Below, piece after piece: positions 1-11,329 of a stretch of 64,000 nucleotides of DNA. The notes under the pieces are model-generated. The model saw only the letters and a list, made by a program, of their open reading frames with translations, ran no database searches and was not told the DNA's origin. The position numbers and the translations under genes are program-made. Every line of letters starts with the position of its first letter. Position 1 is the first letter of the stretch. Origin of the DNA: Callorhinchus milii (taxonomy: Eukaryota). The DNA is taken from positions 52,640,001 to 52,704,000 of the forward strand of contig NW_024704743.1 in assembly GCF_018977255.1 (NCBI RefSeq). The letters are read 5' to 3'.

Positions 1-869
1 TGGATTTTCCTATGAATTGTGTTTAGACGTTCTCCTTACTTGAAAAGGCACAATATTAAATTATTATTATCACTACTAGTTTTTAGCAGAAACTGGATGG
101 AAACATTTTTAACCAAAGATGCAGTGGATTTACTATCATAATTATTGCTGTTCAATAATGCATTTTCTTTCTCCCAGGTCACCCAGTGAGCCAACTGTAT
201 ATGCACCACGGTGATAACTGTTCTTTTTTTTTTGATCCTGATGCAAAGAGGATTGGAACAGCAGGCAAGACTTGTTCAAAATGTGTTCTGACTTCGAAAT
301 TGTGATCCAAAATTTCTCTGGGGACTCATCGAATTCAAAATGAGATATGTGGTGACAGAGAGCCAATGCTTGGCTGGTCCTGGAGGACAGGGAGTGTGAG
401 GGCACTTTGCCTCCTATTCAAATAAGGCTGTTGCCATTCTTTTTGCAGCTGCAGAAAAGCTCAGGGCACGATTCTATGTCAGGCCAGATACACACTTTAT
501 GGTGAAGAAAAGAATGCAAAACAGTAACTAACTGGATAATTTGCATAGCAGAAGTGTTTCTGCTTTGAAGGAAAAAACATTTGCAATTCAAAACTCTGAT
601 TTACAATGACCTCCAGATTTGGCATGTTTAATGGTAAGATAGAAATTGGTCTTAATAAAATGGGCTGGAAGCACTCACTGATGACTTACAGATCTATAAT
701 CCGATTTAAGAGCTATTTTCATAGAAGAGGATTAAGGGATCAAATATATAAAATTACTAAACACATTCCATTCCTTGTATACATTCAGCATTTAAAATTT
801 ATCAGTGAGACTGAACGCAGATCAGAGATTACTTTGTTAAACCTCCCAAGTCCGTAAATATAATGTCAA

Positions 870-1790
870 CCTTTCTGTGACTCAAGAACTTCAACTTTAC
901 CTTTCCCACTCTCTCAGAACTATATTCTTTGCCTCCTATATTGTGACAACTAAATGCAACAACAGGAGCAGTTTCTTATCTTTGCCTCAGGAACAATTCA
1001 GGAATCTACCTGGAATATCAATGTTTAATGTATTCAGATCTGAACTTTCCCTTCTACTCCAGGTCCCATAATCTTCCCCATTTGCTTTTTTAAATCCATG
1101 ACTTAACTGATACTTCACAATTCATTCCAATGTCTTCAGCTTTTATTTTTTTTTTATTTGGCGTCTGATGCTTCACTATGCTTAAGTGTATCCAAATCAG
1201 ACTAAAGGTTCCACATATTTATGCCATCTACACATGGAAATGTTCCTCAGTCTGGAATGGAGTTTGGAGTTTCTGCCCAGAGTGTCACACGTCCTGCTTA
1301 GCTAATTTTGGAAAGTATTAGGCATAGGTCTGTAAGATCCAGGGTTTGGGGACCCAGAGTGTGCATTGATCTCATCCAGACTTTTATCCTTAGAGGTTAA
1401 GCAGGTAAAACCATACAGCTTGCCACTGATAATACTGTCTGCCAAGCTTTCCACTGCTTGTCCAGCCAGGACCACACTACTCATTAGGGGTTTGGCTTGA
1501 AGGGTTTACAGGAGCCATAGGAAGAATCCCTGTCCCCATTTATCAGATTGCCATTCAAAATCCTGCTCTATTGGCTGATCTGTCATCAGCAGAGCCAAAG
1601 TATTGCAGACCCACCTGGCTCGAGAACTACCAAGACCGCCATATATAGAGGGTGAACTCAGTTCCAACATTCGGTTTCCAAGTACGTCACCTTGGAACCA
1701 GATCAACCCAAAAGAGACTTGGTGCCCTCCCACAGCCCCTGTCTCCGCCACCACACCCACCACTACTTCTCTGGAAAATAGTTACTAGTC
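870..1790 (-). mobile_element. Very old, decayed L2-like LINE ORF2 (RT region) remnant
   Basis: The minus-strand peptide 1302-1484 'SLADSIISG...KDKSLD...PNPGSYRPMPN' resembles the L2 'IINSSL.SG...LKKPSLDP..L.NYRPISN' motif. Weaker RT-like patches continue towards 900, with many stops. Confidence 0.45.
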
Positions 1791-1799
1791 ATCTGACAT

Positions 1800-2040
1800 C
1801 TTTTTTTATTGGTTGATCACTTTTTCGGGAGTAATAATCCTTTCTAAAAAATAAATAATAATAATAATTTGGTCACTCAATCCACTACTACTTGTGGGAC
1901 ACTGCTGTGTGCAATTGGCTGCACGTTTCGCCCACAAAACATATGGTCAATTCACTTTACAGTATATTCTGTGAAGCGCTTTGAGACGTCTTGAAGACAT
2001 GATAAGGCGCTATATCAAATGCAAGGATTATTATTATTTA
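1800..2040 (+). mobile_element. 5'-truncated SINE family A (tRNA-Ala-like head family, L2-type tail)
   Basis: The body GGGACACTGCTGTGTGCAATTGGCTGC...GTGAAGCGCTTTGAGACGTC...ATATCAAATGCAAGG(ATT)n matches the full copies at 25609 and 35047. Confidence 0.9.
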
Positions 2041-2211
2041 TCCTGCATTATCTGGTTACTAGTTTTGATCACAAGATAATGCATCTAACAATGGTCACTT
2101 TAAAAGGCAAATATTTAGTTTGTACTGATTGGGGAGGGCGGGGGACGGGGGTGGGAGAGAGGAGAAGAGCAGTGAAACAGGAGAGCAACTCATCATGTTG
2201 ACCTTAAACGT

Positions 2212-2630
2212 GGAGTCCTGTAGTGTATTGGTTAGAGAACTTGCCTCGCAAGCGAGAAGTCCTGGGTTCGATTCCCAGGCAGAGCAAAACGTTAGGAAAG
2301 TTTCCTTGCTCCACATGCCTTTGTTTACCTAACAGTTGTTAGTCGATTGGTGAATCTCTTTTTTGGGGTTAATAATCCCCTGAAATGAAATGCTGTACAC
2401 TGTCCAGCACCTTGGGACGTCCTCCCGACGTGAAAGGCACTATACAAATGTAATCTTGTTGTTGCTGTTGTAGTAATAATCCCTTCGCCCCCCAAAATAA
2501 TAATAATAATTTGGTCACTCAAACCAGAGTGTTCATGGGACACTGCGTTCATCCACAAAATATACAGTCAATTCACTTTCTCAAAGACATGATAAGGTGC
2601 TATATCAAATGCAAGGATTAGTATTATTAT
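2212..2630 (+). mobile_element. SINE family A, long form, with an L2 3'-end fragment inserted (~2380-2473)
   Basis: GGAGTCCTGTAG head, B-box GGTTCGATTCC and (ATT)n tail. The internal L2 tail ending in (GTT)n is flanked by TAATAATCCC at 2370-2379 and 2474-2483. Confidence 0.9.
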
Positions 2631-4402
2631 CTATCAATCACGGGTTTGAGTCCTGACTAGGATGATGGCAGGTACAAAGAACTCCCTGAGCATCTTGGTC
2701 AGCAGCACAGCTCAGCATTTGTCTCCTTCCTTAAGATCATTAATGCCACGTTTAGAGTTAAATATAGTAATGATAATACAGCATAATAATTATTATTAGA
2801 GTTAAACACTCATGTTTTTAAAGTGTCTTCTCAGCTGCTCAATGTTGTAAAAGAGGTGCTTCTTAATACTCTTATCGAGTCATTGGCCAGATCGCTCTCA
2901 ACATTTTACCCCCATATGGACATTTAAATGTTTGTTAAATGTGATGGACAAAGAAATATTATATCTAATGATCATAGAAATGCCAGGCATAGAATGATAT
3001 GGCACAGAACGCTTTGAGAATAAAATCAAGTCAGTTATGTAGATTGGAGTTAAATAATCAACCAGAAATAATCCACTAAAAACTATTCAGGCTACATTTG
3101 TGTATGTAAATAATTCATGTTGAAGAGACACCTAAAAATCAATTAATTTTTACATTACACTGGTTTCAAACAAAGACCTTCATAAGATTGTTAAATATAT
3201 ACTAGCATAGGAACTAGATCTGTTTGTCAAATAAACAGTCACATTTATGGTGCAATAAAATAATTCCTTGCGTTATTGTGATAAATAGTAAGTAAAACAT
3301 TAACAGGTTTCTCTGACTTGTTTTATTATTTTCCTGCAGGAGTGGTGTTGTAAAGGACGCCAATTCAAACAGTTATTTTGTTCAGTTTGTAAAAGAGATC
3401 TCTATGTAGGAACAATCTGATTACTGAAGTACTGTGGTCATAATATGATACTTAATGTCATAAAGATGTTAGCTGCAAAATCTATTACCTGTAAACGTTG
3501 CCTTTATGTTGTCTGCCAAATACTGCTTCCTTCAGATAAGATATTAAACAAAGATACCATCTGTTTGGGTGGGCACAGTTTATATCCTGGCCAACAATCC
3601 CCCTGATACATTGGTCATTCATTTCATAGTATATTATTCATTACATTTTGTATACATGGTTAAAACACCAATAACTACTCACTCAATGATTTATTTTCCT
3701 TTTTTTTTCTTATTTCCAATCTTATTTCTTCTCTCCTGAATATGTCTGACTCTTTTGTTCCTTGTATGGCTATCATGCCCTCTGGTAGCTCGTACATGTG
3801 GCCATTATTAATGTATAAGAGCCTTCATGATGACTGTTGGCAGATCATTTGAACATAGGGTCCCCAATACCATCCATTCCCAATGTCCACGCACTCACAC
3901 ACACATATACTTCAACAACAACAACAACTTGCATTTATATAGCATACTTCAAGTGGGGCAGCAGCCCAGGGTACTTGCCAGTGATGGAGAGGGAGGGGGC
4001 ACCAGCAGGGGCACAAGACAGTGATCAGAAGTGGAATATGTGTCCTTCCTAACACAGATCTCTGAGGTCATTTGTTGTTTCCCTATTTTCAAACTGGATA
4101 AAATCAACTGCCTTATCACTGGCAAGAAATCAACCCTAAGATCTTTCAGATTGACATCAGGTGAAGGTGCTCATTGTATAAATTTGCTGAGACATTGCGG
4201 AGCCCCTATTTTCTCAATTCTATTTTACTTATAATCAAAGATATATCTTTAATGATGCCACCATGATCCATTGCTGTGAATTCAGCCTTTAAGAAAGAAG
4301 AAGGTTGAATTATGCCGTTTGAATATAGATGGGAACAAATCCAAATTTGTGTCAAATTTTGTGTTAGGAAGACTCAAGTGGTACACAGGATTTACTCTAA
4401 AG

Positions 4403-4598
4403 TAGTGATGGCCAACCTTTTTGGTCGACCAACAAAATACACTTTCTTAATTTAATATTTCTTGATTTATGCCATAAATTGAGAGATACTCTCCCAAGAA
4501 AAAATTGGAAACAAAACACCTGGAAAAAAGACTCACCTAGGCTTGTGTGACTGTTCGGTGGGCCACTTCATGAAGACCCCACAGGCCATGGGTTGGCT
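4403..4598. mobile_element. Decayed hAT-like MITE remnant
   Basis: The left end TAGTGATGGCCAACC and the right end GGCCATGGGTTGGC are partly complementary and resemble CAG(G/T)GATGGCCAACC-type hAT termini. The right end is cut by a SINE fragment. Confidence 0.5.
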
Positions 4599-4769
4599 GT
4601 AAAGTTGAGTGATTATGTATTTTTTACTTGAACACAGCAGCCAATTTACTCACAGCAATGTCCCACAGACATGAAATGAATGATCAATTTTATTTGGTGG
4701 ATTGTTGGCCAGACACTGGAAGAAACTTCCTGCCTTTTTGAATAGTGCCATAGGATCCAGTTAATCGAT

Positions 4770-5945
4770 CGATCCTCAAAAAACCTTCCCTAGATCGCCC
4801 AAACCCCAGCCACTACCACCCTATCACAAAGCTGCCCTTCCTCACAAAAGTCCTAGAACGCGTTGTTACAAATCAACTCCGTGCACACCTCTCCTCCCAC
4901 TCCCTCTTCGAACCCCTCCAGTCCAGTTTCTGCCCTGCCCACAGCACAGAGACAGTGTTTGTGAAAGACACAAATGACATCCTTTCTATCTGTGACCAGG
5001 GCTCCTTGTCCTCCTGGACCTCTCCGCCGCATTCAACACAGTGGTACACTTCCACATGTATGCGGACGACACACAACTCTATTTTTCCACCTCACTTTGC
5101 GACCCCCAGTCCCCTGATGTTCTGTCAGCCTGGCTGTCAGACCTCAGGGGCTGGAAGACCGCAAATTTGCTTCAGCTAAATGTTAACAAGACGGAAGCCA
5201 TACTCTTTGGCTCTCATTAATGTCTAAAATCTCATGGTTCTCACCTTCTCCACCTACCCGACCTCCAACTAAAACTCTCCAAACCCATATGCAACCTAGG
5301 CGTTAGGTTCGACCCCCAATTATCCTTCCTCCCCCACATCTGGTCCCTGACCAGTACCGCCTTCTTCCGCCTCCGACGCATCGCCCGTCTCCGCCAATAC
5401 CTCACTCCAAAAGCCGCTGAAACCCTGGTCCATGCCTTTGTCACTTCTTGGCTGGACTATTCAAATGCCCTCCTCGCCGGCCTCCCCTCCACTACCATCC
5501 ATAAAATCCAGGTCATACAAAACTCTGCCGCCCGCATTCTCACCCGACCAAACTCCGCTCCCCGATTACCACTGGCTGCCTGTCCCAGAGAGGAGCGACT
5601 TCAAGATCCTCACCCTTGTCTTCAAATCCCTCCATTCCTCTGCACCCCCTAACTCTCTGATCTACTCTCTCCTCACAACAGTGCCTGTTGCCTTTGTTCC
5701 ACCGGGTCTGGCCTGTTCCTTGTCCCCAGAGTCCTCCGCTCTACCCTCGGCAGCTGTGCTTTCAGCCACTCCCTTCCTCTCTCCCTTCGTCTCGCTCCCT
5801 CCTATTTTCAGGTCTCGGCTGAAGACCTTTCTTTTCGACCATCCCTTTGGTCACCTTCCTCCCCCTCCCCCTGGCTCGGCCTCGGGATCCGTTACTGTGA
5901 AGCACTCTGAGATGCCGTCCGGCATGGAGGGCGCTATATAAATCC
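4770..5945 (+). mobile_element. L2-clade LINE, 5'-truncated and internally deleted RT plus 3' end
   Basis: Frames give LPFLTKVLERVV, HSTET, FHMYADDTQLYF, LQLNVNKTEA, 'RRIARLRQYLTPKAAETLVHAFVTSWLDYSNALL' and 'HWLPVPERSDFKILTLVFKSLH', followed by the L2 3' tail GGAGGGCGCTATATAAAT. Confidence 0.95.
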
Positions 5946-6097
5946 TCAGTGTCAGATACATGGTTAAGAATCATGCTTAAGAATATCTGAAAGAGTTTGA
6001 GAGTTCCACACATAATGAATCAAGTTCTCTAAATTAATTATCCCATTGATTGTGTTGAACTATATCAAGTGCAAGAATTGTAAACATAGAATGGAGT

Positions 6098-6278
6098 TAA
6101 TATATATTTTTTATTATGGTATATATATTATTATATTATTTTATATATAATATAATTATATAATATAATTTTATATATAATATAATTATATATTATATAT
6201 AATTATATATATAGTATATTAATATATATTATATTAATATAATATTTATCATTAATATATATTATATATAGTTAATAT
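6098..6278. repeat. AT-rich low-complexity (TA/TAT) tract
   Basis: About 180 bp of almost pure A/T. Confidence 0.95.
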
Positions 6279-6287
6279 AACATAGAA

Positions 6288-6493
6288 GGCTCTGGAACTG
6301 CTTTCCTCACTCCCTTCGTCTCGTTCCCTCCCTTCCCATTTTCAGATCTCTGCTGAAGACCTTTCTTTTCGACCGCGCCTTTGGTCACCTTCCTCCCCCT
6401 CCCCCTGGCTCGGCCCCGGGATCCGTTACTGTAAAGCGTTCTGAGACGCCGTCCAGAGTGGAGGGCGCTATATAAATCCAAGTTGTTGTTGTT
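6288..6493 (+). mobile_element. L2 3'-end fragment with (GTT)n tail
   Basis: Closely similar to 5770-5945. Ends GGGCGCTATATAAATCCAA(GTT)n. Confidence 0.9.
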
Positions 6494-6610
6494 GAGTGTG
6501 GTGTGGTGCCAGTATATCAGTCACTAAATCTTGAACCAGAAGGAATAAAGAATAAATTCCTCCTGATTCAAAATTTCGTGACTGATATATACTGGCACCA
6601 CACCACACTC
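6494..6610. repeat. 117-bp near-perfect inverted repeat (hairpin/MITE-like)
   Basis: GAGTGTGGTGTGGTGCCAGTATAT...GGAAT pairs with ATTCC...ATATACTGGCACCACACCACACTC across a 9-nt loop. Confidence 0.95.
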
Positions 6611-6899
6611 CATTCTATGTTAATCTTAGAGAAGAAGATGACTGAACTTACCCAAATAACAACAGCACCATCATGTCAGCAGCACACTATCTGAATGGAG
6701 CATCCACAAGCTCCAACAGACAGTAGTCTGTATGATTGAGTGGACCCCTTTCAGGTGCCAAATCTCTCCCGCAATGCAACTTCCGGTCCCACCACTGCAC
6801 CAATACCTGATCATGACAAGTATACTGTGCCTCAGCAACCTCCACATCAGGGCAGGTTTTCCAATTCCATAGATGTCATTTTCGTGAAAGGCAAATTTC

Positions 6900-8070
6900 A
6901 CGACTATATGAATGGACTAGAATAAAAGCATAGGCAACACTCGCAACATATCATGAATACAACTGTATCTTGTTTTCCAGGAGCAAAAGTGAGGAATATA
7001 AGAATAAGGGAGATGAAATAATGGGTGGGGAGGGAATTAATCCAGTCACGGTTTTAGATGTGAGGACAAATCGGATCATGGTCAGAAGAACTGTGGAGCT
7101 AAAGAAAGAATACATGGGACTCTTGAGCAGTTTTGAAGAGAAGGGGTGGTAGTATCTTGGTTGCTCTCTGTATTATTTAGGAATGTGTGGGGGAAGGAGG
7201 GAAGGGAGGATAATTGCTTCAATGACTGGTTAGGAAAAGTATGGAGAAGGGGATCAAGTTTTTATGGGGATAACTGAGAAACATTTTCAATTAGACAAAA
7301 TATCTACAGGAAGGTTAGTGTGCCCTAACTATATGGGGAGCTAAACTGCTGACATAAACATAAAAACAGCAATTGTGTTCCATTTAAACTAGATTTGGAG
7401 GGGGGAATGCTGTGGTAGATAAAAGGCCTGCAGATAATCAGGAAGAAATTAAAAAGGTTAATGCCATTATAAACCTCTTCTGGTTTACCATTATTAAGGC
7501 AATACAAACAAATTATGAGCAACACTTTTTCTCCTCTTCTGATCTTTTATAGAGAAAGTTAAACAACAACAACAACTTACATTTATATAGTGCCCCTCAC
7601 TCAGGGTAGCACCTCAGAGCACTTTAGAAATAAGGAGAAGTAAAAATAAGGAGACATAGAGAGTTCAAAGAAAATCAACAGATACTATCAACTTCATGGC
7701 TGTTTGTGGAACTTTGCTGTGCATAAATTGTCTGCCGCATTTGCTTACAAATACACACGCAGTCATTATATTTTAGGGTACATCTTACGAAGTTTTAATC
7801 TAAAGTAGAGGAAGAGAATGATAGGTGTAGTGCTCTCTGTACTATGTATATTTATAGCTTCTGTAATTGTATCAAATTGGTCCATTGATCTTCCAAATCT
7901 GGATGTTTGATATTAGGAGATGAAAGGAATAATTGGGAGTAAATCAGTAACAGCATAGTAACTGAGATAGCATTGTACTAAAGGGTGTCGTAGTAAGTCA
8001 GAATTGTATTTTTATGACATGGGTGTGAATCACGGTACAATTAAACTCTCCACAGTATTGGCAATCGAGA
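6900..8070 (+). mobile_element. Ancient CR1 5' region: ORF1 SGNH-esterase domain plus traces of ORF2 endonuclease, interrupted by L2/SINE fragments
   Basis: 6971 reads CFPGAKVRNI, then GGEGINPVTVLDVRTN, 7221 NDWLGKVWRRG and DN*ETFSIRQNIYRK. TTTAAACTAGATTTGGAGGGGGG at 7383 resembles the CR1 ORF1/ORF2 junction. Frameshifted throughout. Confidence 0.75.
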
Positions 8071-8119
8071 ACATTCAGTAAAACTATGATGATTGCGAAA
8101 CTAAGGAATAGATCTACAG

Positions 8120-8390
8120 AAGGCTGTAGGTTTAATTCTTGGTTTGGATTGAATTTGTCTGATCAAAACTTTGGTGGCAGGAGGCTCATTATAACTGACC
8201 TCAATCCCCTGGACTACAGAGGAGAACATTTAGCCAAGATTCCAACTGCTTATGAAGAAGACAGTGTTCCCTGCTGGAGAGTGTGAATATCATCTAGTGA
8301 GGGCAGGAACTAGGTTTGATGTGATGCCTCCGTGATTCAAAAGCCTGACAACATTCCTCATCTGAAGGGTTCCTGATTATATTCAGATGT
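8120..8390 (+). mobile_element. SINE family C, old copy
   Basis: Collinear similarity to 39550-39960 and 53430-53770 (TAGCCA..GTTCC, CCCTGCTGGA, TGTGATGCCTC). Confidence 0.65.
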
Positions 8391-8569
8391 TTGCCTATAA
8401 AAATATGCAGTACACTTTACAATTAACCCAGTAAAACTTTAGTTTAAAACATTTTCCTGATATGAAAGTTTCTATATTAAATGCAAGGATCATTACTATA
8501 TTATTTAATTCATTCATCTTACCAAGATAAGGACGGAACTCCAGCAATTGTGTTTGCAGTTTGAATCGT

Positions 8570-9240
8570 AATAATAATAATCCTTGCATTTGATATTGCA
8601 CCTTTTATTTTAGGAGAGTTTCACAGGATACAATACAATACAATGTACATATATAGAGTCTTTCACGTCAGGAGAACATCTCACAGCACTTGTCAGTGCT
8701 AGGTAAACCCCCGCACTGGGTGGGGGCAGCTAAAGTTGACCAAAAGTGCTGTCAAAGTGTTATATTTTGAGATGTGCCTTGAACAAAGGAGGGAGGGAGC
8801 GAGACAGAGGGCCTCTGGGATGCAATTCCAAAAATGAGGAGGCAGAATGGCTGAAAAGACATAATATAAAGTGTAGTGACTGTGTGTTTTGTAGGTGAAC
8901 GTGACATCCAATTTGCACAGAGCAATGTCTCACAACTAGCCATGAAATGAATGACCAAATTTTACCTACGAGATTTGTGGCCAGGACCAAGGGAGAAACT
9001 CCCTTCTCTTTTTGAACAATACTGTGGGATCTTTAACATCATCTAAATAGGCAGTCAGTACCTCAGTGTAACATCTCACCTCCAACAATGCAACATCCCA
9101 GCTTAGAGTGTTAGCAAAACTATATGAGTTGCAAGTCCTGACGTGGAGCTTTGAACTCACAACCTTCTGACTCTGACCTTTGGTTTAATGGCTCATCTGA
9201 AGGATGTTACCTCCAAAAATGCAGCACACCTCATCAATAT
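8570..9240 (-). mobile_element. SINE family B (SacSINE1/Deu-like) with a nested L2 fragment (~8700-8850)
   Basis: GAACTCACAACCTTCTGACTC head, GGATCTTTAACATC core and L2-like tail. Matches 41360-41760. Confidence 0.75.
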
Positions 9241-9663
9241 GTAAGGATTATTATAACCATTATTATTGATTCTTTCATCTCTATTCTTGTTGATTTCCCT
9301 TGGTTTTTCCTTCACTATTTCTTTGACTTTTTACATTTTTTGTGCCTTCCACTTTCTCTTTGAGTTTTTGGTGGTTTAGTTTATCTGTCTGATACTCTCT
9401 GTGCTGTGTTATCTTTCTGTGCTGCTATACAGTCTTTTGTTTACAGCTTTTTATTCATTTTTCTATTTTGCATTCTTTCAGTTCCATTTTCTGTGATTTG
9501 CACATTTGCCTTGAGCTCTGAGAAGCTGAAGGGAGCTGGACGAGAAGTGCTGCTTATTTCTTTTTCAGCGACAGACATTGTGTGTGCATGAGCCTCCATA
9601 GAACTTTCAGCTCCCTCTGTTTTGTGGTGTTCACTGTGCAGTCGCATTTCATTAAGAGACAAA

Positions 9664-9769
9664 GAGTTCTGCCGAAAGGTCATAGACCTGAAACGCTAGT
9701 TAATTTTCCTCTCTCCATAGATGCTGCCTGACCTGCTGCGTGTTCCCAGCAACTTCAGTTTTTATTTCA
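9664..9769 (+). mobile_element. Penelope-type terminal fragment with degenerate hammerhead-ribozyme motif
   Basis: GAGTT-CTGCCGA-A-AGGTC ATA GACCT-GAAACG followed by CTCTCTCCATAGATGCTGCCTGACCTGCTG. Second copy at 14979-15076 (-). Confidence 0.7.
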
Positions 9770-9779
9770 TTAAGTGTTG

Positions 9780-10060
9780 CGGCTAACAGCAGTTTGGCGA
9801 GAAGTCAAGACATATTGAAAATACAGATTCCTGGATACCCAACATTAGGGTTCAGGGAAGGAGGACTTCATCTTGCCATGTTGTATGAATACAAAAAATG
9901 TCCTCCTTTGTCTATCTGGAAAGAGATTTGAGGATGTCCAACATTCCTGGAAAACCACATGCAGTGCAATGTTTTCAACATATGGGAAAATGTTAGAGGG
10001 ATATGGGACCTTCATGAGATATTCAACTATCCAACAATCAAGATATGCTACACATCATTT
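9780..10060 (+). mobile_element. Decayed CR1 endonuclease N-terminal remnant
   Basis: 'SLARSQDILKIQIPGYPTLGFREGG' resembles the CR1 APE motif 'WL...QDW.LNIPGY..FR.DR...GGG'. Confidence 0.5.
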
Positions 10061-10137
10061 AGGGTTTTGACGCTTAGCAAATTATATATTAAAATACCTT
10101 TAAAGCAATGGAGGGTGGGGGTGGTGGTTTGTAATTA

Positions 10138-10156
10138 TGTCGCCCTCTAGTGGCCA
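10138..10156 (-). promoter_or_regulatory. Candidate CTCF-binding motif
   Basis: The minus strand reads TGGCCACTAGAGGGCGACA, close to the consensus CCACYAGRGGGCGC. Confidence 0.6.
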
Positions 10157-10209
10157 CAAGATACATAACATACAACAATGTTGCCCTCCCTCCTTCCTTT
10201 AATTCCACT

Positions 10210-10450
10210 CTAGATTTTCTCCCCCCTCCCAGATTTTCTCTCCACCTCAACTAAAAAGTAACATTTGACAGTATATGGTGGCAAGCCTTGAAAGAAAGTA
10301 TTAGCCAACTCTTTGATAGTAAGAGCCAAGCACAATCCTGTCCTTACTTTGCTCTGTCCATGAACACTTTCCAGCAGGGAGCCAGAAATCCAGCTCATTT
10401 TCCTCCACCATCAGGCTTACTGTCGAGCTCTCAGTTCTGCCCCCAACTAA
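10210..10450 (-). mobile_element. SINE family C, old copy
   Basis: Reverse-complement similarity to 39600-39960 (GAGCCAAGCACAATCCTGTCC, ACTTTCCAGCAGGG). Confidence 0.6.
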
Positions 10451-10677
10451 AATTGCAGAGATCAGGGTGGATAATGCTGCATCGCTCTGGGACACCATCC
10501 CACGTGAAGAGAGCTATATATAATGCAAGTTGTTATTGTATCTTACAAAGTTGGCACAATCAGTTGACTGGCCTTCTTCCGTGCTGTAAATTTCTATTGT
10601 TCATTGTTTGATGCCCAGTATTGACAGGCTTGGATTTGCGCTCAAGTCTTGCACTGCAAACTTGAACCTTAGTCGCT

Positions 10678-11087
10678 CTTCTTGACAATGATTTTACTTG
10701 TAGATTTTTATTACTTGACCCACAGGGATTCTAATCACATGCTGATACCTTTCTGTACAAGACCCTGAAACAGAAAATGATTTGAAAGAAACAAAATTCA
10801 GTAAAAAATGAAATCGCAACATGCATGAAATGATCAAAAGACTATAAGGAAAAAGAACAATGTCCTTCTTTCTGTTGTAACTAATAGTCATCTGTCATTT
10901 CAATTGAAATAAATCCCTTACAAATTAAATCGGCTAGTTATCAGTACTTTAAATGTAATCCAGCCTGCAATGGTTCAGAAGGCCATGTTTTATCCAAGAC
11001 CTGTGTTGTTTACACTGTGATCAGCATGTGATTAGAATTCTGTGGGTGCAATAAGAAAAATCTACAAGTAAAATCATTGTCAAGAAG
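10678..11087. mobile_element. 410-bp element bounded by ~69-bp terminal inverted repeats (MITE-like)
   Basis: CTTCTTGACAATGATTTTACTTGTAGATTTTT...TTCTAATCACATGCTGAT (10678-10746) is the reverse complement of 11020-11087. Confidence 0.85.
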
Positions 11088-11329
11088 TGTCTGCATTTAA
11101 ACACTGCATAATTGCTTTAATTTCTATTCAGCTGACTAGCAAGGGTAGGTGTCTAATTTGTACTGTAATGTCATAGCCACATTCCAGGACTATTTCTGGA
11201 AGTGGGAATTCTATAAACACTGCTTTAACAGATTTATTGAAAATGTGCATGTTGTTCTGATCATTTGAAAGTGCTTTGAGACACCCTCCTGAAATAAAAA
11301 CGCTATATAAATGTAAATTACAATACAAG

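Noticed and set aside
142..405. 87-aa minus-strand ORF
   Set aside because: Non-ATG start, no recognisable domain and no supporting splice structure.
2131..2155. G-quadruplex-like G runs (also 32047-32070)
   Set aside because: Simple G-rich tracts with no promoter or CpG-island context.
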